Below, piece by piece: positions 13,651-28,344 of a stretch of DNA of 64,000 nucleotides. The stretch lies in the NCBI GenBank assembly GCA_043228905.1, contig JBHGNT010000020.1, positions 13,888,001 through 13,952,000 on the forward strand, read 5' to 3'. A program made the translations under genes and the position numbers. Numbering within the stretch: position 1 is the stretch's first letter; every line of letters begins with the position of its first letter. The DNA comes from Azolla caroliniana. Taxonomy: Eukaryota > Plantae > Polypodiophyta. The notes under the pieces were generated by a model. The model ran no database searches. It saw only the letters and a program-made list of their open reading frames with translations, and was not told the origin of the DNA.

Positions 13651-13953
13651 GGGAAAAGTACCAAGATACCCTTGAAAGTTCGTCTATTTATTAGAATGCC
13701 CCTGGAAGTTCCAATTTACCAAACTACCCGTATGTCCAAAAAATTACACTTTATAAAGTAATTATACACTCAAATCTTTGGTAAATAGGGCTAGTTCGGC
13801 TCCATTTCTTCCATTTTTGGTAAATAGAGCTTGTAGATTTGAGTGTATAATTACTTTATAAAGTGTAATTTTTTGGACATACGGGTAGTTTGAAACTTCC
13901 AGAGGCATTCTGGTAAATAGACGAACTTCCAGGGGTATCCTGGTACTTTTCCC
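13651..13953. mobile_element. Mutator-like (MULE) MITE / foldback element, 303 bp
   Basis: ~125 bp imperfect terminal inverted repeats (GGGAAAAGTACCA...TGGTACTTTTCCC) flanked by a perfect 9 bp target-site duplication TAAAATAAA (13642-13650, 13954-13962). Confidence 0.9.
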
Positions 13954-15769
13954 TAAAATAAATAATGTGGTTCAAGATTAATAATGCCAAGTATTTTTTG
14001 CATGGTTAAGAAAGTTCACCTTTGTACCGCATTAGTCCCCTAATGTGCTTTTTGGATCAATCAATTGTTTAGCAAAATAAACATTTTTTATCCAACTTTT
14101 GTATATTCTACAATCAAAATTTGAGCATCTTCTAGAAATAAAACAGATAGCATGGTCTAAAATAAATGACGTGCCAATATTTTGAGCATTTTTAATACCT
14201 TGTTGAAAATCTATATCTCATGCTATGTAAGGACTGTTGGTTTGTTGAACAAAAACTAAACAAGTTTAACCCCACTTTTCTCTCCACAAAGATGGTTCAC
14301 CAAAATCATGGATACTTGAGAAAATTACAAGCACGATTTGCTATTATCACTATAAACGTCATTGAAAATAATATTAAGGTTTTTTCAAAGAACCCTCATT
14401 TTTTTAATTCCAACATTTCTATAATTAACACTAATCTTTGTTAAATCTACAATAATCTATATTAGATGATATTGAATGGACTTTGGAAGGGTATTGGATG
14501 ATTGCTTATTGATAATTGAAAATTACGTGTCATATATCTAGAATGGAAGATAGAAAAATGGTGTACCCAATAGAAGAAAGTAGGGATATTTTGATACTTT
14601 TGTGGAAAGAGAGGGATTTTGGGAGCTTTTTCTCCAATTTGAGAGAGAGGGAGAGAGTAAACAAATGGAGCATTATTTGATAAACAGACTCCTCAAATAA
14701 TCATTTCTATTTAGTTTTTAAACCATATTCCATGGCATGAAACCATGACAACTTTTCCCATATTACAAGAATGTCGCTGATCTTGAGAATGGGGTTAGAT
14801 GCCATCACCCCAATTGAACATATATATTTAGGTTATTTCAATTAGTGTTTCAATTGCAACATGTTTACATAATTCTTGCATCTTTAGAGTAATAATACAA
14901 ACAGAATATGAAGCACAGTTGAGCACTGCAATAAGTAAATTCCAAAGCAATAGTTGAACAAATGATGTTCATAAACAAGCAAAGAAGCTCAAAAAAAGTT
15001 CGCTATCCATGTATACTTTTGAACATCCATAATGCAAAATCTACATTCCAAATCTTTGGAGAACTTTATAAATTTGGGATATCGCATATAGGACTTGTTC
15101 CACACTCTGTGCATGATTAAAGAGATGCCTATCAAAGATTCAAGAGATGCTGCACACTGCAACATTCAAGAGATGTAAAACCTCTTGAATGTCTAATTTC
15201 TTTCTATTTACCTATTACTGTTCACAAGGAGCAGCTATGAGAAGGCATACGAAACAAAAAACCTATTGGTCAATGTAAACCATTAGAAGGTTTCAGCATT
15301 ATTCCCTTTGTCACACTTTTATACATGTTCCCATAAATGTTTCAGAGATTTCCTTAAAATTATTTAGACCCCAGCTTGGTTGTACAAAAACATGGTTGGG
15401 TTAAAATGCATTGCTAAGTGATTCCACTGAATGAAATATCACGCATATACAGAAATTTCTGTACAACCTGAACACCTATTTACTTGGCATTCAATAGCAA
15501 GCAACATTTTGATACTTTCCAAAGCAACTTTAAATTAGGTTGCATAAGCAAGCCTTTCAAAGAGGATCAGTGATCGAACGGTTTCTTGTCTCCAGCACTG
15601 TTCAGATTTTGTTGCATGCCTTTCTGGCATTCCAACATCAGAGCGGAACATTTCTTAGCACAAGCTAGTATTTTTTCATCTCTTGAACACTGAAGATGGT
15701 CAGATGCAATTGCGTCTTTAATCCCTGGTATGTGATATCAGGCATATCTTTCTCTTATTTTCCACTCCT

Positions 15770-17627
15770 TCAACAAGCCGATGCCTTGCAAATTGGGCAT
15801 TGATTTTTTAGCGAAAGCCACTCCTCAATGCATAGAAAATGATGGTTGTGCCCACATTTTAACATACCTAGTTGGCTACCTTCTTCGAAGTCCAACTACA
15901 TACAATTGAAAGATGTTAATTAAAAGTAAGATGATAACAAATCAATCTGATTTACGACTTGAATGCTAACAAATTTACCTACCAAATGCTAAGATTATTT
16001 AACGATTGTAGATTTACCTGGCATATGCTGCACTTCATTTCAGAATCTTCTTGGTTGCAATCATCGTTTTGTACATACGTGTGGCCTTTCAAACATCTTG
16101 AAATCATGTCCTCCTTCAAACCCGTGCACACATTCCCTATGCTTTCTTCTAGCGCAAGGAGTTCCTGATTGTCATTTAAGCCCAAATTACAATTCTGTAA
16201 CCAAGTGCCAAAAAAATTTAAGATAAAACAGAAGTAAAAAGATATACTTCATAGGACATGTTGTCAATATCTAGGCGCAAATCTCTATACTGATCTTGTG
16301 ACTGTAACCCTCCCGCAAGAATCAAGTTGGCCTCCCATAATAAAATCCTCTGTAAAAGAATGCACAACATCATAAATGTATTGCTCCATTGCCTTGCTTC
16401 ACAAACACTTCTTTTCCATTTCAATGAAGCTTGACTAGAAAAATGAGACAGAGAAAGTGAAACCCCTAAAGGTTAGCAGCTTTTAATTAATTGGATTACC
16501 TCAGACAATCCATATGTAAAGAACTCTTGGTTCTCAAATCCCTGAAATGGAAATTGCCTAAAAGATCTGAAAACAGGAGTCTCAGATGTTGATCGTACAC
16601 GATAACCTTCTTGATACTCTGGAGATAGCACTGCTCCATTTAAATTTGGACTCTGAAGAGCACTTGTATATGCCCTTTGCATATCAGGAGTTGATAAATG
16701 CATATCTGGACTACTCATATAAGACAATGGAGATGAGATAACTTCATGAGACCTAGTTCGATGAGACATTCCGAACATTAATGGCGGTCTAGCTCTAGAA
16801 GCAGAAGGTGATGCAGAGAAAACAGAGGAAGCAAAATTTGGAGTATTGGGAGAGAAAACAGAATCGATTCGTAAACTTCTTTGTGAAATGGACTCATGGC
16901 TGTAGAGACCAATTCCTCTATTGACACTTCCAGCCAAATTTTCTGATATTTCATCATTAGAGAAGGACACAGATGAAATTATTTCATAAGATCCTGACGA
17001 AGTTCTAGATGTTCCTTGATCTCGTCTGATGTGCCCATCATTTGATGCTTGTGAAGCAGTATTGATATGGGGGATGTTTTCATTAGAATACAGATTACTA
17101 GACTTCATAATCGTGGGCCTTATCAAACACCAACTGCCTGAACGGAAAGACGATGTTGCACCTTGTCTTGACCCTGGAGATGATCGGTCTACATTCACCG
17201 ATAGTTTTCCTTCACAAAACAAACCTCCAAGTCTATAGCGTAAACGCCGACAAACCATAGAACCACTGCAATTTAACGCATTTTTTTTATGTCCCAATCC
17301 ATCATTATCTTCATTCCTATGAGATCTTGATCTATGTTTGTTATGTGGTGCAGTCATACAAGGAGGAACCTCTGAGGAAGAAATACAACTCAACTTCCTT
17401 AAACATTGCTTGCTTTTTCTGAACCTAGATCCATAACCTGAAAACATACTTCCTTCCCTCGGAAGCCTTCTGGTATTGCCAATAACTCTCCCAAGAAAGC
17501 TCGGACGAACAGACGTTGGTATTCCTGGGGGCACTCTTGTAATTTCCTCAAATTCTCCCACTGAAGATAGTCGTGGGGTAGTTGAAATCTCAATACAATC
17601 TTCCGTAATCATAGTTCCTCCAACCAT
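15770..17627 (-). CDS. RING-H2 E3 ubiquitin ligase of the YEELL (CTL/MBR-like) type, 4 coding exons (17627-16500, 16349-16248, 16164-16018, 15895-15770), ~500 aa
   Basis: Ser-rich N-terminus, then DQYRDLRLDIDNMSYEELLALEESIGNVCTGL and CSIC...CGHNHHFLC...W....CPIC. A probable 5' UTR exon donor (CAG|GTGAG) lies near 19708. The start codon is inferred. Confidence 0.88.
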
Positions 17628-20600
17628 TCTGAATAGAAAGTGTATATCAATCCTTTTACTTGACCTTTCTTTCTGAAGACGTGTTTACATCTCTACATTT
17701 AACTCCAGATATTAATAATCATCCTCCCAGACTGCCTTTTATGATACCATATGTGATGCGAATCTGTTCAAACATAAGGTTAATGGATTTAGACAAAGAT
17801 TTGAAGAACTTGAAATTTAGGTAATCCAAAAAATACTCTTCAGATGAAGCATACAAAACTACGTCCATGATGCTCCTTGTTTCTTACCAGATTTCTTGAT
17901 TTCAGATTCACTATATAAATTCAAATAGCTCCAATGAAAAATTTACCAGTAGAAAGAGCTTACCTAATTATAACTACGCATTGATGATTGAACAATTCCC
18001 TATAAAGATATCATTTTGAAAGAAATTTAATCGTTGGGATTATGAATCATACCGGTCATTTTGTAGATCTATTCATTATTGTACTCATATATAGAGGAAA
18101 ATTTATTCTAATTGTAAATTAGTGGAGTTGATTTCAACACAGAGCAGATGATATTTTGATGAGAAAATGCATCACCAGATGGATGCAAGTCTTATGTACC
18201 TCATCAATACACAATCTATTACTATGCCTCTTGGACCTAAAATGCAGATAGCAAGACGGTGATGCGGTATTCACCACATCAAGAGCTCAATTAAAAGAAC
18301 CAGAAACTCCAAAAAATTTACGTGAAATTTGCATTACTTTTAGAACATGGGAATATTTTCTATATGCATGACATGAAGGCTTGAACTCATTAATTATAAA
18401 GTGGCAGTTGCAAGAAAAGAATGAGAAAACGAAAAGAAACAAACTGAATGGACAGAAGACAGAAAGTTCCTCTATTTTATAAGTAAATCTGTATAGACAA
18501 AAAGAAGACATGCATGATAATTCTATTACAATCACCACAAAAATATTGAATTCATCCACAATAGCTGAAGAATTTATAATATCAAGAATTTTCAATCTTG
18601 CATTAACACAATATTATCCCGAATTACACCAATGCAAAACTCGAAGCTCTACTTCATATAAGAAGTTATTTTGGTGTCTTTGGCATTTATTAGAATATAG
18701 AGACAATCTAGCGAAATTAAAGCCCCCTAAACAGGAAGATAACTAGATTTTGAACATACATATTATAGGCAACACATTGCTATTCATCAGTGATAAAAAA
18801 CAGTTTTCAATCAGGATTCAATGTGAACTTCATCCATCAAATATATTCAGTAGAATGCCTAAATTTTTCTTTAATCAGGAATCACATTTTTGTAGCATTG
18901 CATTTAAATGTAGCCCAGGAGAAATGACGATGATTCGATTCTGTACTAACTACATCATGCAATTGCTAGAAATCCTTGCAAAAGGAATGCTATATCAAAA
19001 TGCTTCAAAGTGTCTTGTATACTACAGGAATGCTTTCCAACAAGAATTAAGAAATATTTCAAATTGTTCCGTGCTAAAACAAAACAGTATCAGAACCAAA
19101 ATTAGAGAATTGTGATTCTGGTGTACCTTACTAAACCTTTTACTATGTTCCTTATCAAAAGATAGCATCAGAAGAAAAGAAGTAATTTAACATTGCCTAA
19201 TTCCTGTCCTGAAGTCCACCTTCGATTGTCTGCCTAGAAAAATAAGAAATTCTTATGAATGAAGATCTTTCTCTAGCTTCATATGAATAAATTTCATTCT
19301 CAAAAACAAATTTTGACGCCATAGATGAAAGCTATCATTTAAAAAACCTTAATTCATAGCTGTACGTTTGATAGAAGGAAATTTTGACCATTTCAACAGT
19401 AAACCGAGTAGAAATTGATGTTTTTCTTCAAAATTCCTTCAAAAAAGGATTGGATGAAGGAATAAATTGATCTAAACTAGAGAACTTCGTCTATGAAATA
19501 GATGCAGGGAAAAAAACTTATATCATTTCCTGCAATGGATGTGAGAAAAACTTCTGCCAAAAATCTAAAACTTCATGACTGTACATCTGATCGATAGAAA
19601 TTCTCGATAGTGACACATGTTTGTTTTTTTTAAACACAAACGAAATGGATACATTGTTTTTCAGTTTATCAAATCCCAGCAAAGAGAAGGGAGAATCTTA
19701 TGCTCACCTGGAATTGGAAGCTGGTTCATTTGAAGGAAGAAGAAAACGCAGAAAGAAAGAAGATCGAACCCTAATCTCGTTCGATCTGATGGCGAAGGAA
19801 ACCGCAGACACGATAGACGAAGGCAGGAAAGAACAGATACGTTATATACATATAAATTTATAATATATATATATATATATACATATACCTCTCATATTAT
19901 TATAATTTATTATTAAAAAACAGAACTTTCTTTTGCAATTATAATTGAATAGCTATGCTTCCATTGATTTCCAAATTACAGACATACATACATATACTGT
20001 TATACTATATACACATACATGCATACATACATTATACATACATGCTTCTCTCATTAAACTAATAAACAACAGGAAGGCTCGACCACACGAGACAGGTCTC
20101 AACAGTAGTTACAAGACAAGGCTAGAAATGCCTTGAATGGATGCTTGAAAGAAGACAAATGGGGGAGAGGAGGGCGGGTTCTTTGCCACAAGAAAGGACT
20201 CGAGGCAAGGTTACAAACTTACATGAAAACAAGAATCAGGTTTGTCCGAGAATCAAAGGAGGCAAGTTCCACAGAAGTTATAACGTATGCTGGTAATTTT
20301 GCACAACAAGCAATCAACTTTTTTGAATGCGCGATGTATAGGATATGTCAACGTGCTTGGGTGATTTTCCCTCATCAACACATTAGAAACACAATTGTTC
20401 TTAACTCACAAAGACCAAATCCAAGGGAAATGTTGTGCATATGTGACACATGTTTAATATTACCGCATGCACTTTCTAGTACGGTATTTGTATGGAAAGA
20501 GGTCATGGATATGGATACATGCATTCAAGTCTCCCATGCATTTGCATGGACAGTCAATTTTTTTGCTTCTTGCTCGGTTTGTCTCCTACATTCAAAGCTT

Positions 20601-21493
20601 GTATAATTCACAAGGAAAATCCTGAGAAACTAATGGTTGAAACTTACATTAGAAATCTTGTGTCTCATTTTGATATTATTACTATGTGAGGAAAAGTAAT
20701 ACCATTTATTTCTTCCATGAAAATAACATGGCTTGGTTGGACACCATAATGGAAATGCATGTCTTCCAACATCCAAGGAACATATTCATGCATTCAAGTC
20801 TCGCACAAACCTAATAAATATAAGTCCTTGACATGGAACTTAACTTTTGTACTCTTGTGAAATAATAATAATAATAAAAGTCACCAAAGTCAATAATTGA
20901 TGCTTGAGCTATGGTTCATTTCACTTTGATGTGGTTAGTTTCTATGTGGGGGAAAAGTGAAATTTGTGTGAAGGCTATGGTTGTCAAAAACATGACTATT
21001 ATTTGTGAGTATTAGGACTTAGGGGTTAATCTATAGCCCCAATTGTGAAATTTTGGAAACAAGCCTAGGTCAATGCGTGGGAGGTATGTCATGTTGGTGT
21101 GGTGGGGCTACAAAGTCGTGGTAGTGGTATCATAGTAGAGGTGAGTTCGGTTATTTTAGGATCTTTTTATTTTATTTGAGTTCATTCAAAACAAAATACA
21201 AGAGGAACATTTTACTACATAATCATTGCTCCCACCATTGATGCTAGTACACACATCGACATCATTGTGTTGCTTGTTGACATTGTGTTGTAGCGGTATT
21301 TCATGTGGTCCACGCCTCCAATACATTGCATTAAGATCAATGATTGATCACCATATTTATATCATCCATATACAAGTGTGTATTAAGGTCATGATTGTGG
21401 ATTTCTGACTTTCATCATTGATTAGGCCATTCTCGTGTAATCTGTAAAAGATGATATCACAATTGATCATTGGATCTCGCGAAATATCAGAGA

Positions 21494-21735
21494 TAGTATG
21501 AACCATATGTACCATGCGTGCATTTGCATTCGCGAATGTTTCAATCATTCGCGTAAGAAAAACACCCTTAAAGAATGATCAATACCATACTTTTGGATTA
21601 ACTATTTATTACGAGGTAAATAAGCCTAAAAAATGGGGAAAAAAAATACAAGAATGTTTGAATAACATTCGCATTTGTTTTCCAACATATGAAAACGAAT
21701 GTTATGCTAGACGAACACGAATTTTACGTTCTATG
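21494..21735 (+). repeat. Dispersed repeat copy A (inverted homolog at 55136-55401)
   Basis: AAGAAAAACACCCT.AAAGAATGAT.AATACCATACTTTTGGATTAACTATTTATTA.GAGGTAAATAAGCCTAAAAAATGG...ATGTTATGCTAGACGAACA.GAATTTTACGT matches the reverse complement of 55136-55401. Confidence 0.85.
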
Positions 21736-24700
21736 GATCAAACTATGCATGAGCTCAAACCAAGCATAACATAGTTTAATGTTCCACTAATCACCCATTA
21801 TTCATTTAGCGAGAATGCACAACATGTTATCGCTTTGCGTAAGCTACTTGTTGCTAAGATAGACGAGTAATTTCTTAGAACTCAAAACAAATGTGATGTT
21901 GTTGTGAAAGTTGTTAAAGGTGCTCGATTTGCAATAGTTTCACAAAATTTTGAACATCAAGGTTTTCCAAACATATCACTTGAACAATATGCCAATTCAT
22001 GGAGCGTACAAAGGTTATGACTATTAATGAAGAATATCAAGCCATCTACATTTCCTAGGGCAATATCATGGTTGTCCCTCCCCTAGATATGGCTCATACA
22101 TTTCTCCAAAATGGTGTTTTTTGCATACTTTGCATAGTGAAGAGAGAAATATTGTAAGAAGTTAGTACTATAGCAATACCAACATGAAAAACCATACATA
22201 TGCACAAGGGCTTACCTATCAACATAGACCTTGGGGGAATGATTGCTTGTTTCGATGTTAGGGAGGTTAGTCCTATTGTTGTGATTGAATTAGAGAGCCA
22301 TACTAATTTGTTTGTTGCTTTACTAAGATGTATCTTGATGATACAATTGGAAATGACATCATAACAAAATGGATGCATTTCAAGTCACGTGTTCTTTATC
22401 TTTATAATATGAGTTCAAAACATTCAAGTCAACATTCTAAAGATATGTCCTATGACCATTCAAACCATAGAATAAGAGACTAGGTGTCTTTTCGAGAACT
22501 TTATTTGTTTTTCAAGGATGACCTTTGGATGCTTCCATTTCCTTGATATATTCTAAATCTCCTTAGGATAAGCTTCAGCTTGTACAACTGGACTACGCAA
22601 TAAAATAGCATGTAAAGGCGGTTTTCTCTCACATTTATTCCATATTTCAAACCCTAAACACTTGGGGCATTTGACACAACATGGACTTTGGCTTGAAATA
22701 ATTAAGAACATTCTATACCATACACTACAAACCCGAGGTATAGTGTCGGGTAACAATATGGAAAAGAATTAATCCTATCCTTTTCGAAATTGGTAGAATT
22801 TTAATGTTTTGTTGCAATATCTTAACTAATAAGCATAAAAGATAGTGATTTGAAAAAAAAAACAGCGGCGAAGATCTTGTCTAGCAATTGAATATGCAAA
22901 TTTATCAACATACTAAAAATTGAGCATATGCAATATATGATTCGTTAATATATGAATTGCTAAAAGATTCTTCAAATGCTTGTTCCAGCACCAATAGCAC
23001 ATGTACAAATAATTTTGACATCCTTGTCACTCTTCTTGTTCTTGCCTATATGCTGTAACGTAATCCAAATTTCTTAGTAATGGGATGAAAGTCTCCTATT
23101 GTGGACTTAAAAGGTTCGTTAGCTTGGTAATTCTCAGTTTTGAAAGCCTCAAGGACACTAAGGAGATCCAACTATATGAATTAAAGAAAGGTGCCACATT
23201 TGCCTAATCCTTAGGCCTTTTCAAATAGGCAACTTTGTAAGTCTAAATGGTCTCTTATGAGATCCCAAGTTCCTCTTCATTTGAGTTATCTCTAGTATTT
23301 ACATTTTCATAATTAATATAGCTCTATTTATGGAGTAAATCAGTTAAAATACTTTTCCAACATTCTACAAGGATCGATTGTTTTATTGTTTCAACTTGAT
23401 AGCTAAAACATACAATATTGCCCTTCCATACTGGAAATGTGCCCAAGATTTTGGGAACCTTTGAATATGTGTCTTAATTTTTATATGAACAAATACTAGA
23501 AATTAATGCAGAATCATTTATAAGATCTCTTTAGATGGTGAATTAATGTGAGATTATATGACATAGATTATACTACTGCAATTTGCCATGTTGGATTATG
23601 TTCTAGACATGGGAACCACCATGTGGATGGATTCTTGATTGTGGAAGTATAATGTAATGTTATTTATCAATGGATCTGCAATGCGAAAATTAGAAAAAAT
23701 TATGTATAGTACAATGCCTATGAGTGCTCAAAGACTAACCTAGAAAATGACTCTAATTTACGATGCATAATCTTTGAACAACAAATTGGGGGCACCCCAT
23801 ATAACAATTAGTGGTGCACTACGACAATCCAGACAACAAAAGGACAAATATAACCGCTTAAACCCTACAGTAAAGAGAAATGTTACCATCACTTGGCTAC
23901 TAAAGTGCAGTACAAGGTAAACAAAGATCCCAAAGCTGAAGATATGACCCCCATTGACATCACCTGTAAGAAAGAACACATGATGCATAAGGCACAAAAA
24001 GAAGGCAAATATATAGTATATTGAGATTGTACAAGACTTCAAGATCTGTAAAGCTATGAAATTGTGATGCTAACATTTTTCACTCCTGTACGTCATACTC
24101 TAATTGGTAGCATGCCATTGCATCTCTTGAATTGGATATTCTATCTTATGTTCATTTAAGCACTCTGACAAAGATTTACTCTCCTCCAATGCCACCCTAG
24201 TCTGCAGTCTCCATTTGAGGAATTGTTATTCATAATTTCTGCAATTTCATCAGACTGTAATTATTTCCTATGTCATTGCTACTTCTGGTGCTGTTGGAGC
24301 ATCCTATCTTCATAATTTGTCGGGGGGGCTATGTGTTATTCAGTCATTTCCCCATAAGCTGCCATTCAAGACGGGGTATATGCTTGGGTACGTAAATGAG
24401 AGGCTAATGCAAACATAATTGTTTGGTGGAGGTTCTTCTTTCTCCGCTTTGATTAGCAATTGCTCTTCATGCACTTCTTTTCTTGTTACCTTCACAACTG
24501 TTGTTTCTTAACCTGAAATAACTGATAGAAGCAATTTGTTGCGAATTGACCTTCACATGGCACTGTCTTCTAGCAAACATTTCATATGATTAGTTAAACC
24601 TTAAATTCGTCTTCCAAAATTTGCTTCTTGCTGTTTCCTGACCCTGATGTTTGCCTGTTTCCCTTTGAAGATCAAAGAGATAATGCAATCCTCCAGATCA

Positions 24701-25140
24701 TTTTCGCTGCATCAATGTACTACTTTACCAATAACTATTTTAGCTCTTACATCTCGTCTCCAGTGGACTCAACTATTGATAAATATGGTTGTCAAAGTTG
24801 ATGATGATATAAATCTTGAATGTTTAACAATAAAGAGTGAAAAATAGACTTCAATTACCTTATTTCATTACTATAACAAATGTTACGTGATTGACATAAA
24901 TTTCTTCAAACGTTCAAACAGATTATCAATAGGCAAACCATTTCGCGCAACAACGAAGGGGCCTCTCAGGATCCACACATTGACAATTTAATAGATATGG
25001 CAACTATACTCATATAAACAAATAAAAGAGCGCCCTAACCATTATTCAGACAAATCAGGTCACATATACAGCACAAAACCTACACCATCCCAAAATTAGC
25101 AATGGGAGTAAGAGAGCAGATATCGTCAGGATGCATAGGT

Positions 25141-25156
25141 GGTGTAAAAATACACC
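25141..25156 (-). promoter_or_regulatory. Histone 3' stem-loop of H3 copy 1: GGTGTA-TTTT-TACACC followed by ACCTA
   Basis: Perfect 6 bp stem and 4 nt U-rich loop, 51 nt after the stop codon. Same element after copies 2 and 4. Confidence 0.88.
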
Positions 25157-25207
25157 GTTAACAGAAAGAATCTCTATGTAACAGAGTTTAAGAGAAGGAA
25201 CTTCGAT

Positions 25208-25756
<549 letters not shown>

Positions 25757-25810
25757 TTAAAGGAACAGTTTTGCTTTTGTGTTTTTTGAAAAACAAGCCT
25801 TGGGGCTTCT

Positions 25811-25896
25811 TTTCCCGCCCAATTTGTTGATCCAACGGTTGATCTCCGATCGCGTTCCATCGAACGGTGCAGGCTTCTTCAATCCGCGTGCTCGTA
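25811..25896 (-). promoter_or_regulatory. H3 copy 1 S-phase promoter module: CCAAT-N9-GCACGCGGAT (octamer-like), CCGTTCGAT and CCGTTGGAT (nonamer-like), GGCGGGAAA (E2F)
   Basis: Motifs read on the minus strand, in the same order as in copies 2 and 4. They resemble the plant histone octamer CGCGGATC, the nonamer CATCCAACG and the E2F site TTTCCCGC. Confidence 0.75.
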
Positions 25897-28344
25897 TCTC
25901 ATTGGCTCTTCACGGATCGACCCCTGGCCAAACAAAAACAGCATCTCTTTATTTTAGCCCGATAAGAATTACAAAAAGAATCACTTCCTTCCTATGCAAC
26001 AAACAAGTTACAAGACTCTTTTAAGCCTCAAAACAATGCCCAAACTCAAGCTATTGTTATCATTTGAATCATCGCGGAGGAGTAAGTTAACACATTTGGG
26101 CAAACCTGCCGAGCTCCATGACACTAAAGACGAACCTGCCTCTCTAGCTCCTTGTTATACTACCCGGAATGTCATCGTTTGTGTTCTTGTTGTATTCATC
26201 GAAATGCCACACATTCCTTCACAATCACTAAAAATACGTGCCCTTCTTGACTATGTGAAATTTGGAAGCACTACTAATTAGAAAACCTGTTATTTAGTTG
26301 TGTTGATTACATGGTTCGCAATCAAATAAAAAGATTGGTGGCTTTCTTGCCAATACAAAAATATGAGTGACTTTTTGTCAAATACTCTGTAATTGAGTGG
26401 CATTTTGAAAATGGTCCTTGATGTGATAGATATATACTATGTTTAGGTAATGATCTTTATATCATCACTTTTTACATACTCAGGTTCAAGTTCATTCTCT
26501 AAGCTTGGATATAGCCTTATAGGTATGCTCTTTGTCTATTCTTATCTGGGCAAAATAATATTTGAGAATGAGCATTTGAGTGAAATATAAACAACCAATG
26601 TCTTTTGCTACATAGGAAACCCAAACAAAAGCAACAATGCAAATGGAGGTTCTCGAATCTCCCCTTAAGGTTCATAAGATCGATCACAAGTCACTCTCAA
26701 GAGTAACATAATAATCATGTCCTCTTTAGCTCAATTACATGAGCATAAACATTATTGAAAACTTGGACATGGGAGGGGACATAGAGATTACAACAATTTC
26801 ATATGACAATCTCATTAACATTAAGTTTGTATGCTTTCAATGTTATATGGTGGCTATATTTTTATTTGCCCATGCACTAACAACATGAGTATCTACTTTT
26901 ATCCTTGCTACCACTCTCTTTGTAACTACTCGCAGTGTTTACCCATAACTTTTCTCCTTCACCGGTATATATGCACGCTTCCCTCCACTTCGAGGTTATA
27001 GGTTGTATTCAATGCATTGGGTGCTTGATCTCCTAGACTTGTCATGATCAATTTAGCATGGGGCATTGTCTTGTTCATTGAACTCATTAGTGTGATGTTT
27101 ATTACAAGCATTATGATGTACCAATGTGTGTGGGCCTTGACGAGAGCCTTATACATGCAATCGATAATTGTACATTATTTTTAAGTCATTTCTTCAGTAA
27201 AGCCAATCAAACTACATTCTCACAAATAATTATGAGATACATGGAGAAGATTTCATATGTAACATACACCATCCATGACATAACATACAATACCATCCCA
27301 GGACAGGGTTGTGTGTGAGAATACATGGAGCTAAAGGAACCAAACCATGGCACAACATATTGACCAAGGTGCACCCATGACCAAACAAACAAGTGTGGAA
27401 AGGAGGCCATTTAGAAGGATAGGATGCATGAAGAGCATCAATCACTAGGAAAGAAGCACTTGCAAACCCAACATAGGCATTGGTTTAATGAGAGAGATTG
27501 TGATGGATAATTTTGTGGTGTTAGGAGGCACCCAACAAAGGGACATCCATTTTTCAATTCATGAGTTTGAGGGAGATGGGGGAGGAATCCCTCAAAGAGT
27601 TGTATTGTGTCAAGGTATAAAAGGTATTATTTACAAACAAGTGGTAAGAAGGAAAATATATGCAAAAGAGTTATGGTTTAGATGTCTAACTCTTGAGACA
27701 TATCGAAGATGATGATTGGCCTCTTAAGCATTGTCGAAACATAGTTCTTGTAGTTCTCAACTATGCAAAACACAATTATCGTAAGGCTACTTAATGATAT
27801 TTTTCTTTAAATGTCATTCACTAAAAGTATTTGATGTTGGAGCTCATTAAATGTTGTCTACTCCCAACATAGTTTATTGTCAAATTAAAAAATGACAAAG
27901 AGTACCAATATAGGGCTTCTTAGGCATTTTTGCTCATAGAATCTTTAAGAGAATCCTTCATGAGAAGAAACCCATCTGAATTTCATGTTTCTCGGGTTTC
28001 AAACAAATTATCTTGACCTCAATGCTTTTGGTGCTCATCGAAGAGATGCATATAATCAACTACAACCAAACATGATTTTGTAAACACTTCTTAGTTAATG
28101 TATTGTAAACAATTACAATGGCGTTTGAACACAAAATATGAAGCCGTTGTTAATTTATGTATTGGTATTGGTATTGGCAACCCACCATTATTTATACATC
28201 ATATTATTGATGTAGTGTTCCAAAGAAGAATGCCAATAAGGAACTTCCATATAAGACCCCTCAAATATAGTATTTGAATGCTATCTATACATTCATGGAG
28301 CTTGTGCCTATCGTTACTAATGAATACAATGAGATTTTTTTTGT

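Noticed and set aside
18287-20689. Several 60-157 aa ORFs upstream of the RING gene
   Set aside because: AT-rich intron or intergenic composition, non-ATG starts and no recognisable motifs.
23758-24850. Exon-like hydrophobic fragments on the minus strand downstream of H3 copy 1
   Set aside because: Interrupted by stops and no recognisable family; a pseudogene cannot be supported without a homology search.
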